Shown here one piece after another: positions 63,801 through 64,000 of a stretch of DNA of 64,000 nt (position 1 is the stretch's first letter; every line of letters begins with the position of its first letter). The notes beneath the pieces are model-generated. The model did not search any database. It saw nothing but the letters and a program-made list of their open reading frames with translations, and had not been told where the DNA came from. The DNA lies in contig NW_019029013.1 of the NCBI RefSeq assembly GCF_002105155.1, forward strand, positions 372,001-436,000, given 5' to 3'. The position numbers and the translations under genes were made by a program. This DNA comes from Lobosporangium transversale (Eukaryota).

Positions 63801-64000
63801 AGCCATAGAGGCATCAGTGTAGCGTCGTTAGCATTAGGTTTAAGCTCCAGCACTGCACTCATCACATGGGTAATCTTTTCAAGTCTGGAGACAATCTGGT
63901 CCATAGTTTCTGCGGGAGTTTGGTTGGCGATGGTGGCATTCTCCTGATGAACTACTACAGGGGCATCGGGTGATTCTTTTGTTGAAAGCAATGATTCAAA
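60812..64000 (-). CDS. RRP12: Ribosomal RNA-processing protein 12 (HEAT/NUC173), 5' part beyond the window
   Basis: 'GRAWLLPLL', '[10 protein letters not shown]', 'LQKKAYK', '[13 protein letters not shown]', '[14 protein letters not shown]', 'PLDFLD', '[27 protein letters not shown]'. Confidence 0.95.
   Translation of the reverse strand, partial: [1062 protein letters not shown]

Overview
Eukaryotic, intron-containing, AT- and homopolymer-rich fungal genomic DNA. Gene style suggests an early-diverging fungus, probably Mortierellaceae-like (inference only). About 18 protein genes: RhoGAP-fold protein, RIX1/PELP1, PMC1 Ca2+-ATPase, COY1/CASP, NOP14, PISSLRE (CDK10-type) kinase, TAH18/NDOR1, a PPR-motif protein, two half-eIF4A genes, UAP1, a coiled-coil protein, a MOT1-family molybdate transporter, an RRP1B-tail-like protein, an acidic Glu/Ala/Pro/Thr-rich protein, RPS15, a multidomain RNA-repair enzyme and a 5'-truncated RRP12. 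Two features stand out. (1) An eIF4A-like DEAD-box helicase is split into two adjacent genes in reversed domain order (C-domain gene first, N-domain gene second), both with degenerate catalytic motifs. (2) An intronless 1486-aa PTP-phosphatase + P-loop kinase + RNA-ligase fusion lies between RPS15 and RRP12. I found no tRNA, rRNA, CRISPR array or recognisable transposon. Exon boundaries were read by eye and need RNA-seq confirmation.
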